From: Terriglobia bacterium
Lineage (GTDB): Bacteria > Acidobacteriota > Terriglobia > JAJPHL01 > JAPKYU01
NCBI GenBank assembly: GCA_965223005.1
Contig: CBDCVK010000002.1
Coordinates: 128,001 to 192,000, forward strand
Reading direction: 5' to 3'
Length of the DNA: 64,000 nucleotides
Under the pieces are notes generated by a model. The model was not told the origin of the DNA and made no database searches. It saw only the letters and a program-made list of their open reading frames with translations. Made by a program: the position numbers and the translations under genes. Positions within the stretch are counted from its first letter, which is position 1; every line of letters begins with the position of its first letter. Shown one piece after another: positions 40,398 to 50,404 of this stretch.

Positions 40398-41333
40398 TTA
40401 TTTTTTTCTGCTGGTGGGTATTGTGCTGGCCCGCGGCGTGGGTCTTCGTTTGGCGCGGGAAGTCAGCCTCTGGGCGGCAGAAATCAGGGCGCGTGTTCCC
40501 TCCGGCAACTGGTAGTCCTTGCGCACGGCCACGCCGATTTCGTGGGCGATGCGGAGGCCGCGCAACGGCACCAGCTTCAACTTGCCGGCGGTGGCTTCCT
40601 CTTCGGCATAGGTCTCGCCAATGATGGTGATGCCCATGCCGGCGGCCGCCAAGCGTTTGACCAGCACAATCCCGGTGGGTTCAAAGGCTACTTTCAACTG
40701 GCGCCGGTGAGGGAGCAAAATCCGGTCCAGCGCGGTGCGGGCGTGGCCCATCTCGGGGAGGATGAAGGGAAAATCCAGCAGTTCCTCCACGGCCACCGAG
40801 CGCCTGCTCGCCAGCGGATGGGCCGGCGGCAAGGCCGCCACCCAGCGGTCGCGCAGGAAGGGAATGATGCGCAGGTCGGGGTGCGCAGTAGGCAGCGAGA
40901 TAAAGCCGATGTCCAGGACGCCTTCGACCAGCTTGCGGACGATCCGGTCAGTAGTATGCCGGAAAATGCTGATGGCTACGGAAGGGTAGCGCGACCGGTA
41001 TTCTTCCAGCACCGGGGGGAGCACGTAGAGGCAGATGGATTCGGTTGCGCCGATGGTCAGCCGCACCGAGGGACGGCGCAGGTCGGCCACGGCCTGAATA
41101 GCCTGGCGGCGCAGGTCCAGCATCCGCCCTGCGTGTTCCAGCAGAACCATGCCTGGCTGGGTCAGGTGTACGCTTCGTCCCAGGCGGTCAAAGAGCCGGT
41201 AGTCAACTTCTTCCTCGATCTGCCGCACCTGCGCGCTGATAGCCGGCTGGGTCAGACCCAGCGTTTCGGCGGCCCGCGAAAAGCTGCGCAGACGAGCCAC
41301 CTCAACCACCGCGCGGATTTGGTCAAAATTCAT
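40398..41333 (-). CDS. LysR family regulator (CysL/CmpR-like)
   Basis: SFSRAAETLGLTQPAISAQVRQIE HTH plus substrate-binding domain. Confidence 0.93.
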   Translation of the reverse strand: MNFDQIRAVVEVARLRSFSRAAETLGLTQPAISAQVRQIEEEVDYRLFDRLGRSVHLTQPGMVLLEHAGRMLDLRRQAIQAVADLRRPSVRLTIGATESICLYVLPPVLEEYRSRYPSVAISIFRHTTDRIVRKLVEGVLDIGFISLPTAHPDLRIIPFLRDRWVAALPPAHPLASRRSVAVEELLDFPFILPEMGHARTALDRILLPHRRQLKVAFEPTGIVLVKRLAAAGMGITIIGETYAEEEATAGKLKLVPLRGLRIAHEIGVAVRKDYQLPEGTRALISAAQRLTSRAKRRPTPRASTIPTSRKK

Positions 41334-41543
41334 GGGAGGTGTTGGCTATCATACACTAAGCGGGCACTAAGCGGGCGCAGCACAGCCGGCCCGGCAAAAT
41401 TCTATGGACGGCTGGGTCGCGGTTTGCTGTGTGGATTTTCAAAGCTGCAAAGCGGAAGTGCCGAAAATGGGTTCCGGGTGCAGCCAGTGTCCCGGGATTG
41501 ACATGTTTCGGAACAAGCAGGATCTGACGACCTGACACCAGCG

Positions 41544-42446
41544 ATGGATTTTGACCAGATAGACACAATTATCGAGATTGCCAAGCACAACAGCTTCTCG
41601 CGGGCCGCCGAGCATCTCTACCGGACTCAGCCAGCGATCTCCAAGCAGGTGCGCTCGCTCGAGCAGGAGCTGGGACAGAAGCTGTTCCACCGGACTGGCA
41701 AGCAGGTGCAGCTGACAACAGCGGGGCGCATCCTGCTGGAGCACTGCCAGCAACTGGCCGAGCTGCGCCGCCAGGCCAAGGAAGCTCTGGAACGGATGCG
41801 TCACGTGCCGCGCGGGCGGCTGGCGGTGGGGGCCAATGAAGCCACCTCGCTCTACGTGCTGCCGCCGGTGTTTGCCGCCTTCGGCGCCCGCTATCCGGAA
41901 GTGCGCCTGCGGATTCACCGTAACTTCACCCGCAAGCTGGTGGAGCGCGTGCTGGCCAACACGCTAGATTTCGCGGTGGTCTCGTTGCCGGTGGACGAGA
42001 AGGACCTGGCGGTGCTGCCCCTGTTCCGCGACGAGCTGGTCGTGATTGTGCCTCCGAGGCACCCGCTGGCTGGCCAGCGGTCAGTGACGGTGGAACAGTT
42101 GGCCGATCACCGGCTGATTTTCCCTCGCACAGGGCGCACTCGGGCCCTGTTCGAACGGGTGTTCGCCAACCGCAGCCTGGAGCCGCGCGTCTCGCTGGAG
42201 CTAGCCAGCGTCGAGGCCATCAAGAAATTCGTGGCTGTCGGGCTGGGAGTTTCCCTGATCAGCCGAAGCTTCGCAGCGCAGGAGGCAGCCAACGGCACGC
42301 TGCGCCTGATCCCGCTGGAAGGCCTGAAGCTGGTGCGGGAGCTGGGCCTGATTCACCATCGAGACAAGTGCATCTGCCCGGTGATGGAAGCGTTCCTGAA
42401 ACTAGTCCAGGAGCTTTGCCCGAGGCTGTTGAAAAGTGACGGATGA
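41544..42446 (+). CDS. LysR family regulator (CysL/CmpR-like)
   Basis: SFSRAAEHLYRTQPAISKQVRSLE HTH; EAIKKFVAVGLG. Confidence 0.93.
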   Translation: MDFDQIDTIIEIAKHNSFSRAAEHLYRTQPAISKQVRSLEQELGQKLFHRTGKQVQLTTAGRILLEHCQQLAELRRQAKEALERMRHVPRGRLAVGANEATSLYVLPPVFAAFGARYPEVRLRIHRNFTRKLVERVLANTLDFAVVSLPVDEKDLAVLPLFRDELVVIVPPRHPLAGQRSVTVEQLADHRLIFPRTGRTRALFERVFANRSLEPRVSLELASVEAIKKFVAVGLGVSLISRSFAAQEAANGTLRLIPLEGLKLVRELGLIHHRDKCICPVMEAFLKLVQELCPRLLKSDG

Positions 42447-42686
42447 TGAGGGAAGCGACCTGGCAGGCAACCCGGTCAGCGGAAAGACCACGTCTACCGA
42501 ATCCAACGCACGCGGGGAAATCGTCGCGGTGCTGTTCGACCCGAATAAAGCCCGGCGCAGTGCGCTCTACCCGCCTGCCCTAGTCCGGCTTGCGAAGCCA
42601 GACTAACCGGCCTGAGCCAACCGCAGAGATTCAGAGGCCCGCTAGAAAACCATCAGGTTGCCGGCCGGCCGAATCTTAGCCGAATC

Positions 42687-43376
42687 TTACTTGTGCAGGC
42701 CGCACTCGGTTTTCTCAGAGCCGGACCAGCGCCCGGCCCGCGGATCCTCCCCTGGGAGCACCTCGCGAGTGCAGTAAGTGCAGCCGATGCTGGGGTAGTT
42801 GCGGTCGTGCATTTCGTTGTACGGGACGTTGTGGAGCCGGATGTGTTCCCAGACTCGCTCCCAGGTCCAGTCCGCCAGGGGGTTGAACTTCACCAAGCCG
42901 AACTTTTCATCCCACTCCACCTTGCGCGTGTTCGCGCGCGTGGGAGCCTGGTCGCGGCGGACGCCGGTAATCCAGGCCGATAGCTTGGAGAGGTGAGCTG
43001 TTAGCGGCTCGACTTTGCGTATGCCGCAGCACTGGTTGGGCTGGCGGGTCCAAAGTGCGTCCCCGAAGCGCGCTGCCTGCTCGGCCGGCGTCAGCGCCGG
43101 GCGACAGGCTTCGATCTTCAGCGGGTATTGCGCGGCGATGCGCTCGCGCACCGTATGGGTCTCGGAAAACAAGAAGTCGGTGTCCAGGTAGAAGACGCGC
43201 GCGCCCGGATGGACCCGCGCCGCCATCTCGGCCAGCACCACATCTTCGGCGCCGAAGCTACAGGCGAGCGACATGCGCTCGTCGAACTGGGAATAGGCAA
43301 ACTCCAGCAGCGCCTCCGGCGGTTCGGTTTCGAACCGCGCCGCCAGTTGGGGAATGTTGTCCAAAGCGATGGTCAT
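42687..43376 (-). CDS. cysH: APS/PAPS reductase
   Basis: SFGAED, LDTDFLF, QCCGIRKVEPL, WITGVRRDQ, YPSIGCTYC, KTECGLH; the CC...CxxC pattern suggests an Fe-S APS type. Confidence 0.92.
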   Translation of the reverse strand: MTIALDNIPQLAARFETEPPEALLEFAYSQFDERMSLACSFGAEDVVLAEMAARVHPGARVFYLDTDFLFSETHTVRERIAAQYPLKIEACRPALTPAEQAARFGDALWTRQPNQCCGIRKVEPLTAHLSKLSAWITGVRRDQAPTRANTRKVEWDEKFGLVKFNPLADWTWERVWEHIRLHNVPYNEMHDRNYPSIGCTYCTREVLPGEDPRAGRWSGSEKTECGLHK

Positions 43377-43401
43377 CAGTGCTCCTTCCGGTATGCGACT
43401 C

Positions 43402-44217
43402 TCATGCCGCCCATGCCAGGCGCAGGCCCAAGGCCAGGTTCAAGGCTGCAATGCCAGTCTGGTAGTAGACTTCAGGAATCCGCCGGGTGAGCCGAGAGCC
43501 GAACAGCACCCCGGGTATGGAGCCCGCCGCCAGTGGCGCGAGCAAGTACGGATCAATGTTTCCGAGAGCCAGGTGGGCCACCGTACCGAACAGTGTGGCA
43601 ATAAGGCCGTAGAAGGTGGCCGTTCCGACCAACTGGCCCAGCCAGGCGGGCCGCCATAGCAGCAGCGCCAGCATCAACAGGCCGCCGCTGCCAATCGAAG
43701 TCAACGTTACGGCAAAGGAAATGGCGGCGCCCACCAATAAGGCAAACACCCGCATGTCGCGGCCGACAGGTTCTGGCTCCTCGCTGGCCGGCTGCCCGCT
43801 GGCCGGCTGCTCGCTGGGCGGTTCTGGGGTAGCCAGGCTAAAGGGACGCGCGGTCGCGGCCAGCAGCACGAGTGCCAGCATGATCAGCAGCAGGCCAAAT
43901 AGTTGCCGCGCCTGGCCGTTGACCAGCACGACGTCTTGCACGCGGGACAGCAACAGGGCTGCAGCCGCCGTTCCGGGCACGGCGCCGAGGATGAGCCACC
44001 GGCCCAGGCCCAGATGGACGTTCCCCAACCGCCGATGGGACAGGTAACCGGCGAACTTGGTGACGGTAGCCAGCGCCACACTGGTACCTATGGCCGTGCC
44101 GGCAGACACCGGCGTGAACAGCAGGAGCAGCGGAATCACCAGCGAGCCGCTTCCAATAGCACTGGCGCCTACCACCGTTCCACTAACCAGGCCGATCAGG
44201 ACGCCGATGCCGTTCAT
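43402..44217 (-). CDS. TSUP/TauE-SafE family sulfur-compound transporter
   Basis: Two repeats (AIGSGSL and SIGSGGL), AIGTS/LVGT, GSIPGVLFGSRL; highly hydrophobic. Confidence 0.85.
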   Translation of the reverse strand: MNGIGVLIGLVSGTVVGASAIGSGSLVIPLLLLFTPVSAGTAIGTSVALATVTKFAGYLSHRRLGNVHLGLGRWLILGAVPGTAAAALLLSRVQDVVLVNGQARQLFGLLLIMLALVLLAATARPFSLATPEPPSEQPASGQPASEEPEPVGRDMRVFALLVGAAISFAVTLTSIGSGGLLMLALLLWRPAWLGQLVGTATFYGLIATLFGTVAHLALGNIDPYLLAPLAAGSIPGVLFGSRLTRRIPEVYYQTGIAALNLALGLRLAWAA

Positions 44218-44402
44218 GCAGCATCTCCCATCTCATGCCGCTTCCGGATGTGTGAGGCGTCGAACGGACCCTGATAGCGGCCCGCGCCGGGCTGGCTGCG
44301 CCCGGCACTCTGGTGCCGACCGCTGGGCTGGTGCTGACCCCTGGGCTGGTCCTGACCTCTGAACTGTTTTCGATTCGGCACAGCTTCGTTTGCCAACCTC
44401 AT
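44214..44402 (-). CDS. Putative 62-aa protein with degenerate 6-aa repeats
   Basis: RGQDQP/RGQHQP/SGRHQS/AGRSQP; stop overlaps the TSUP start (ATGA). Confidence 0.4.
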   Translation of the reverse strand: MRLANEAVPNRKQFRGQDQPRGQHQPSGRHQSAGRSQPGAGRYQGPFDASHIRKRHEMGDAA

Positions 44403-44463
44403 CCATCCCCGCAGAAGTCCCGCTGGCTTCCGTCCGGGGGGCGTTGCTCTCGACTGGCTTTGG

Positions 44464-44500
44464 AAAGCAAAATGCCCGCCCATGACGTTACCGGGCGGGC
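44464..44500 (-). terminator. Attenuator terminator upstream of TSUP-cysH
   Basis: Minus strand GCCCGCCC-N11-GGGCGGGC followed by ATTTTGCTTT. Confidence 0.7.
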
Positions 44501-44537
44501 TAAAATTAAAGCGAAACCAACTACCCAAAAGGAGGCA

Positions 44538-44603
44538 CTACCCGCCACGGCACATGGGCGGGCTACAACAGCTGCTCAGGAATGAACTAGCTAAATCAAT
44601 CAC
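44538..44603 (-). CDS. Putative Cys-containing leader peptide (M)IDLASSFLSSCCSPPMCRGG
   Basis: GTG start, 21 aa, tandem TGT TGT plus TGC; promoter TTGCAA-17-TACTCT just upstream; overlaps alternative hairpins. Confidence 0.65.
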   Translation of the reverse strand: MIDLASSFLSSCCSPPMCRGG

Positions 44604-44760
44604 GACAGGAGTAGAGTAGAACAATCGCACGAGGATTGCAAGGAGAAAAATTGATCAGTAGGATAAGGTGCCGTTATGGAACAAGCCCGCACAGAATGGT
44701 CTTTACCGGCCCAGGCAGTTCCACTACACTGAGGGGCAAGCGGAGAAAGGCTTCTAATCC

Positions 44761-45195
44761 ATGGAGATCCTGAAAATTGCCGGCGTACCACCAGCTGTGG
44801 TCAGTTTGACGACAACCGTGCTGGAAGCCGTCCAGCTGATGGTCAGCAAACGGGTGGGAGCGGTCGCGGTGGTTCAAGGCGATCGGCTGGCGGGGATTTT
44901 CACCGAACGAGACGTGATGCTGCGGGTTGTGCTGGCTCGACACGATCCAGCGACCACCAAGATGATGGACGTAATGAGCGCCTCAGTGGAGTCGGCCACC
45001 GCGGATACGACGGCTGGAGAAGCCTTGGGGGTGATGATCGAGCGTCACTTTCGCCACCTGCCCATCCTGGATTCCGAGGGCCGGGTTGTGGGCATTCTCT
45101 CCGTCCGCAACTTGCTCCAAAGCCACGTGGAGGACCTGACTCAGCAGCTGGATTCGATGGAGAATTACCTGACCGCCGACGGCCCGGGCGGCTGA
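44761..45195 (+). CDS. CBS domain pair protein
   Basis: GIFTERD, FRHLPI, VGILSVRNL. Confidence 0.9.
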   Translation: MEILKIAGVPPAVVSLTTTVLEAVQLMVSKRVGAVAVVQGDRLAGIFTERDVMLRVVLARHDPATTKMMDVMSASVESATADTTAGEALGVMIERHFRHLPILDSEGRVVGILSVRNLLQSHVEDLTQQLDSMENYLTADGPGG

Positions 45196-45237
45196 ATCTC
45201 GGTCAAATGTTCTTAGGTGGTTCTCTCCTCTCGGAAA

Positions 45238-45831
45238 CTAGCGGGTAGCCGCAGGTAGCGGGCTTGGGCGCTTGCGCACTCTGCGGGCGGTCAGCAGAGC
45301 GTACTGCAAGCTGCTTCCCACAACCAGTAGGGGTGTCAGCAGTAAGAGGATTCTGCGCCCCTGGTGCAACCACGCTGAGCCGTAGACCGCCTCCAGCAGC
45401 ACAGCAAAGACCGCGGCTATCTGCACGGCCGTGTTGGCTTTGCCGAGCGCCGTGGGAGGGAACCGGCGAATCTCGGTGGTCAGCAACAGCAGCACCACTA
45501 CCACGGTAATGGTAGCGTCGCGAGCCAGCACCAGCCCGGACACCAGCCAGGGCACCCGCCCGTTCCAGGCCAGAACCAGAAAGCAGGAGCTGAGCAACAG
45601 TTTGTCGGCCACCGGGTCCAGGTACATGCCCACCTGAGTCTTCTGCCGGAGCCGGCGGGCCAGCAGGCCGTCCAGGCTATCGGTAAGGGCCGCAACCAGA
45701 AGCAACCGCAGAGCCCAGTTGAGGTTGTCCTTGAGCAGGAAAAAGAGAATCAGCGGAAGAATGGTCAGCCGAAACAGGGTGAGCGAGTTCGGCAGGTTGA
45801 GAACTTTGCGAGGACGCCCTGCTGGTGTCAA
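45238..45831 (-). CDS. CDP-alcohol phosphatidyltransferase family protein
   Basis: NLPNSLTLFR, TDSLDGLLARR...GMYLDPVADK. Confidence 0.92.
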   Translation of the reverse strand: MTPAGRPRKVLNLPNSLTLFRLTILPLILFFLLKDNLNWALRLLLVAALTDSLDGLLARRLRQKTQVGMYLDPVADKLLLSSCFLVLAWNGRVPWLVSGLVLARDATITVVVVLLLLTTEIRRFPPTALGKANTAVQIAAVFAVLLEAVYGSAWLHQGRRILLLLTPLLVVGSSLQYALLTARRVRKRPSPLPAATR

Positions 45832-46142
45832 AGGTCCCCTCCAGCGCGCAGAAATTCCCCGACCGTAAGGCCAATCTTTCTCTCAAACCGTTCCGCCAGG
45901 GAGGGAATTTCCCCTACCGTCTCGTCCATCGCCACCCGCTCGACACGATGAAGGGGGTAGAAGATGGTGGAGAGCAAGCCGACGCCGGCCTCGCCAGCGA
46001 CGACTTGGCGTAACACCTCCTCGAACGCATTCAGGTCAATTCCTCGCACAGTAATACCAGCGGGCGTCAGCGCCACCAGTTCGCCCCAGATTTTTTCCTT
46101 TGGGCTATGCAACGTCAGGACCACAACCGAGCGGATCTCCAT
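45828..46142 (-). CDS. Hypothetical protein
   Basis: In-operon ORF (LHSPKEKIWG, GITVRGIDL, FYPLHRVER) overlapping the next gene. Confidence 0.65.
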   Translation of the reverse strand: MEIRSVVVLTLHSPKEKIWGELVALTPAGITVRGIDLNAFEEVLRQVVAGEAGVGLLSTIFYPLHRVERVAMDETVGEIPSLAERFERKIGLTVGEFLRAGGDL

Positions 46143-46270
46143 GCTAGCCTCTTTGACCCCGTGAGGCCGGGCACTGTTCCAAATCTCGGACCGCCGCCTC
46201 AGTCGGGCCTGGCCCGCTGCTGGATTCACTTCTCATACCGCTCTCTCTGCCTTCCGGCTACTGTCTCCTG

Positions 46271-47167
46271 TCAGGGAGGGGACTCCGGTTCCAGCAAGTT
46301 CCTCAATCGTTCCCGCAGCTGCTGCCCGGCTTCGAATTCGGGTTGAAGGGCGCGGGAGCGTAGATTATCCCGCAAGTGCTCTAGTTTTTGGAGCATGGCG
46401 TTGAGTGCCTGCTCAACGTTGTCGGTGTTGGTGAGACAAATGTCGCGCCACACCGAGTACGGGCTTTCGGCCAGCCGAATCGTGTCCCGCAGGCCTCCGC
46501 CGGCTAGCTCCAGGCCGCCGGCGGCATGCGGGAGGTCGTCTGCTACCAGCCTCTCGAGAACGGTGGAGGCCAGCGCCGTGGCCACAAGCTGTGGCAGGTG
46601 GCTGGTCCAGGCCACCACCTCATCGTGCAGTTCGGCGTCCATCACCATCACATGCGCGCCGAAGCGGTCCAGCCAGCCCCGAAACTCGTGCGCGACGGGT
46701 GTTTCCAGATGCTCGCGGAGCAGGGGAGTGAGAATGTAGGAGGCGCCGCGGAACAGGTCCGCCTCGGCGTTTTCCACTCCCCGTTTCTCGCTGCCGGCCA
46801 TGGGGTGTCCGCCGATGAACAACGGGCTTTGCGGGCTGTCGCAAAAAAGCAGGGTGGCGCGGTCCGTGATCTGGGTCTTGGTGCTTCCTGCGTCCGTCAC
46901 CAGGGCTCCTGGCGCCGCAGCCTGGCGCACGCGCGGCAGCAGGTCCAGGATGGTTGAGATCGGGGTCGCCAAGTACACTAGGTCAGCGCCTCGGACCCCG
47001 GCTTCCAGGCTCTCGTACGCCTGGTCAATGACGCCAGCTGCCAGTGCCTTCTCCAACGTGACGCGCCGTCCCACTCCGGCGATGACCCCCTGGAACCCAT
47101 GCTTCTTCAGAGCCAGTCCCAGGGAACCGCCGATCAGGCCAACGCCGAGAATGGTGACGCGCTTCAT
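46271..47167 (-). CDS. tyrA: Prephenate/arogenate dehydrogenase
   Basis: GVGLIGGS, TDAGSTK, GGHPMAGSE, HDE..AWTSHLPQ. Confidence 0.92.
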   Translation of the reverse strand: MKRVTILGVGLIGGSLGLALKKHGFQGVIAGVGRRVTLEKALAAGVIDQAYESLEAGVRGADLVYLATPISTILDLLPRVRQAAAPGALVTDAGSTKTQITDRATLLFCDSPQSPLFIGGHPMAGSEKRGVENAEADLFRGASYILTPLLREHLETPVAHEFRGWLDRFGAHVMVMDAELHDEVVAWTSHLPQLVATALASTVLERLVADDLPHAAGGLELAGGGLRDTIRLAESPYSVWRDICLTNTDNVEQALNAMLQKLEHLRDNLRSRALQPEFEAGQQLRERLRNLLEPESPP

Positions 47168-47226
47168 CGCTTCCGCTTGTGGTTCCTCAGAACTACCGGC
47201 CCGGGGACAGGCAGGGATGTCTGTCT

Positions 47227-47574
47227 CTACCTGGCCTTTTTCTTCTTTTTTCCTTCCCGCCGGTTCGGATTGGGCCGGCGGCCCACTTCCGACTGTTGTG
47301 TCCCGTGCGTTTCCATGGGCCGACGCTGAATGGAGCGACCCTCATCAAGAATGCGCTCGAACACGCGGCGCAAGGCTGCCTGATCCAAAGGGCCGCCATT
47401 GGCCGAGGCCACATTACGGAAAACCTCTTCCTCCCGTTGCGGCTCGTAAATGGGCAGGCCCAGGGCTTTCTTCAGCCTGGCGATTTCCAGCACGTAGCGC
47501 GCACGGCGGTTCAACAGCGCCACCAGCTCTCGGTCCACCTCGTCAATTCTTGTGCGCCAGTCGCTGAGATCCAT
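47227..47574 (-). CDS. Chorismate mutase (AroQ type)
   Basis: WRTRIDEVDRELVALLNRR, IARLK, EPQRE. Confidence 0.9.
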   Translation of the reverse strand: MDLSDWRTRIDEVDRELVALLNRRARYVLEIARLKKALGLPIYEPQREEEVFRNVASANGGPLDQAALRRVFERILDEGRSIQRRPMETHGTQQSEVGRRPNPNRREGKKKKKAR

Positions 47575-47615
47575 GCTGCTCCAGGTGCGGGGCGGCTAAA
47601 GCCCCCAGACGATTC

Positions 47616-48464
47616 TCACTGTTTCGGTGGCACGGGCACAAGTTTCTCTCCCACCCGTTCTTTCTTCAATTCGTTGGGCTTCGACTCGCGCGGCTTCAAC
47701 TCGCGGGCGCGCTCAGCCAGCCGTTCTGCCGACCGGTGCTGCTCGATCACCTGCACCAGCGTGCTGCCCACCACCACCGCATCGGCGTGGCCGCGCAGCG
47801 CTTCAACGTGCTCCGGCTGCGAAATTCCAAAGCCCGCAGCCACGGGCAACGCGGTCGCGGCGCGAATGCGGCCCAGCAGCGGCAGCAACTGCCCGGAAAG
47901 CGCCTCGCGCGGTCCGGTAACGCCCGTGCGGGAGACTGCGTAGACGAAGCCCCTCGAGACCTGGCAGATGCGGCGCAGACGCGCCCCGGTGGAGGTGGGC
48001 GCTGCCAGAAAGACGGTGTCCAGCTCCGCCTCTCGCATCTGGTCCAGGTAGGCGTCGGCTTCCTCCACGCTGAGGTCGGTGATCAACACGCCGTCCGCCC
48101 CTGCCTGCCGGGCTTCGCTGGCGAAACGGGCAAAACCGTAGCGAAGGATCGGATTCAGGTAGCTGAACAGAAGCAGCGGCAACTGGCTGCTGCGCTGCCG
48201 CGCCTCGGCCACGGTCCGGAGGACCCCGCCCAGCGTGGTTCCCGAGCGCAGCGCTCGCTCGCTGGCCCGCTGGATCACCGGGCCGTCGGCCAGCGGGTCA
48301 GAGAAGGGCACGCCCAGCTCTAGTACATCCACGCCGGCTGCCTCCAGCGCCACGATGAATTCTGCGGTGGCTCGAAGGTCTGGGTCCCCTGCGGTGATAT
48401 AAGCCACGAGGCCCATCTCTCCCCGCTTGCGCAATGCCACAAACCTGTCTGCGATCCGGCTCAT
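47616..48464 (-). CDS. trpA: Tryptophan synthase alpha chain
   Basis: [36 protein letters not shown]. Confidence 0.96.
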   Translation of the reverse strand: MSRIADRFVALRKRGEMGLVAYITAGDPDLRATAEFIVALEAAGVDVLELGVPFSDPLADGPVIQRASERALRSGTTLGGVLRTVAEARQRSSQLPLLLFSYLNPILRYGFARFASEARQAGADGVLITDLSVEEADAYLDQMREAELDTVFLAAPTSTGARLRRICQVSRGFVYAVSRTGVTGPREALSGQLLPLLGRIRAATALPVAAGFGISQPEHVEALRGHADAVVVGSTLVQVIEQHRSAERLAERARELKPRESKPNELKKERVGEKLVPVPPKQ

Positions 48465-49687
48465 AGCCGCAGCTCGCGCTGCAGGATTTCCATGTCTTTG
48501 TCGCCGCGGCCCGAGATATTCACCAGCAACACCTGGTCACGCGCGCCGGGAGCGCGGCGGATAGTTTCGGCTACGGCATGCGCCGACTCCAAGGCCGGGA
48601 TGATCCCTTCGAGCTGTGACAACGTGCGGCACGCCTCTAGCGCCTCGGCGTCGGAACAGGAGCAATACTCGGCCCGTCCTTGCTCGAACAGCCAGGCGTG
48701 CTCAGGGCCCACGGCGGGATAATCCAGTCCGGCCGAGACCGAGTGCGTGGAGGCGATCTGCCCATCGTCGTCCTGGAGCAAGTAACTGTAGGTTCCATGC
48801 AGCACGCCGGGACTGCCGCCGTGGAAGCGGGCCGCGTGCTCGCCCAGTTCCGGGCTGCGCCCGCCAGCTTCCACGCCCACCATTTTGACCGCGGGGTCGT
48901 CCACGAATTCGTGGAACAGGCCCAGTGCATTGCTGCCGCCGCCCACGCAGGCCAGCAGCAGGTCGGGAAGGCGGCCCTCGGCTTCCAGAATTTGCGCCCG
49001 CGCCTCACGGCCGATGATGCTCTGGAAGTCGCGCACCATGAGCGGGTAGGGGTACGCGCCCAGGACCGAACCTAGCAGGTAGTAGGTCGTCTCCACGTTG
49101 GTGACCCAATCGCGCATGGCTTCGTTGATGGCGTCTTTCAAGGTCCGGCTGCCGGAGCCAACCGGTACGACTTCGGCGCCCAGCAGACGCATGCGAAAGA
49201 CGTTGAGCCGCTGCCGCGCCATGTCCTCCTCCCCCATGTAGACGACACACTCCATGCCGAACAAGGCGCAGACGGTGGCCGTGGCCACCCCGTGCTGTCC
49301 GGCGCCGGTTTCCGCGATGATGCGTCGCTTGCCCATTCTCCGCGCCAGCAGCGCCTGTCCCAGGCAGTTGTTGATCTTGTGGGCGCCCGTGTGCAGCAGG
49401 TCTTCGCGCTTCAGGTAGATGCGAGCGCCGCCCTGATGTTCTCCCAGGCGGCGTGCCAAGAATAGCGGGGTGGGTCGGCCGGCATACAAGCGCAGTAGTC
49501 CTTCAAGCTCCCTCTGGAAGGACGGGTCTTGCTGCGCCTCGAGGTAAGCCTGCTCCAGCTCCTCCAGGGGCGCCATCAACGTTTCCGGGACGTAGCGGCC
49601 CCCGAAGGCGCCGAACCGTCCTCCTGCGAGGCCTCTCGCGGAGCCGCTCGCCTGGCTGCGTGCCCGGCTTTTTGCCTGTTTCGGCAT
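48461..49687 (-). CDS. trpB: Tryptophan synthase beta chain
   Basis: [38 protein letters not shown]. Confidence 0.97.
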   Translation of the reverse strand: MPKQAKSRARSQASGSARGLAGGRFGAFGGRYVPETLMAPLEELEQAYLEAQQDPSFQRELEGLLRLYAGRPTPLFLARRLGEHQGGARIYLKREDLLHTGAHKINNCLGQALLARRMGKRRIIAETGAGQHGVATATVCALFGMECVVYMGEEDMARQRLNVFRMRLLGAEVVPVGSGSRTLKDAINEAMRDWVTNVETTYYLLGSVLGAYPYPLMVRDFQSIIGREARAQILEAEGRLPDLLLACVGGGSNALGLFHEFVDDPAVKMVGVEAGGRSPELGEHAARFHGGSPGVLHGTYSYLLQDDDGQIASTHSVSAGLDYPAVGPEHAWLFEQGRAEYCSCSDAEALEACRTLSQLEGIIPALESAHAVAETIRRAPGARDQVLLVNISGRGDKDMEILQRELRL

Positions 49688-49748
49688 AGTTTCTCAGCTG
49701 CCCAAATTCACGACTTGTAATTCTCTAACTTCACGAACGGGACGCAGG

Positions 49749-50399
49749 CTAAGACGCCTGTCCCACCTGTGCCTTTTCCTCCTCCCGAACAGCCCGGATG
49801 AATTCTCGCACCCGATGGGGGTCCTTCTTACCGGGTTCCCGTTCGACGCCGCTGGCCACGTCTACTCCCCAGGGGGCCACTTGCCGCACGGCCTCCCCAA
49901 CATTTTCCGGTGTCAGGCCTCCGGCCAAGATGACGCGTCCGAACTGCTTGGCCGCCAGGGCGCGCTTCCAGTCGAAGGCGGTTCCGGTGCCGCCGGGCGA
50001 GTTTCCCGCGCCGTCCAGCAAGAAAGCATCGGCGCGGTAGCGGGCCAGCAACTCAGGCGCGAAGCTGTGGTCCACGCGGAACGCCTTCACCTTCAAGTAG
50101 GTCCCCAGCGCTTCCAGGTATTCGGGGCTTTCCGATCCGTGCAACTGCACCGCCGACAGCCCTGCCTTTTGAGCGATCTCCAGCACCCGGGCGGGTTCCT
50201 CATCCACAAATACGCCTACTCTCCAGATCTGCGGCCAGATCTGCGGCGGCAGTGCAGAAATAATTTCTGCGGCCTGCTCAGGCGAGACGTAGCGCCGCCC
50301 GGGCCGCCAGAAATTAAACCCCAGGGCGTTGGCTCCGGCCTCCACGGCGACACGGGCGCTGGCTAGGTCAGTGATGCCGCAGATTTTGACGTGAACCAT
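49749..50399 (-). CDS. trpF: Phosphoribosylanthranilate isomerase
   Basis: VKICGIT, VQLHGSE, GGTG, LAGGL, VDVASGVE. Confidence 0.95.
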   Translation of the reverse strand: MVHVKICGITDLASARVAVEAGANALGFNFWRPGRRYVSPEQAAEIISALPPQIWPQIWRVGVFVDEEPARVLEIAQKAGLSAVQLHGSESPEYLEALGTYLKVKAFRVDHSFAPELLARYRADAFLLDGAGNSPGGTGTAFDWKRALAAKQFGRVILAGGLTPENVGEAVRQVAPWGVDVASGVEREPGKKDPHRVREFIRAVREEEKAQVGQAS

Positions 50400-50404
50400 A
50401 CCTT

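Noticed and set aside
44214-44640. SAM riboswitch upstream of the sulfur genes
   Set aside because: No recognisable SAM-I/II consensus; a leader-peptide attenuator explains the structure better
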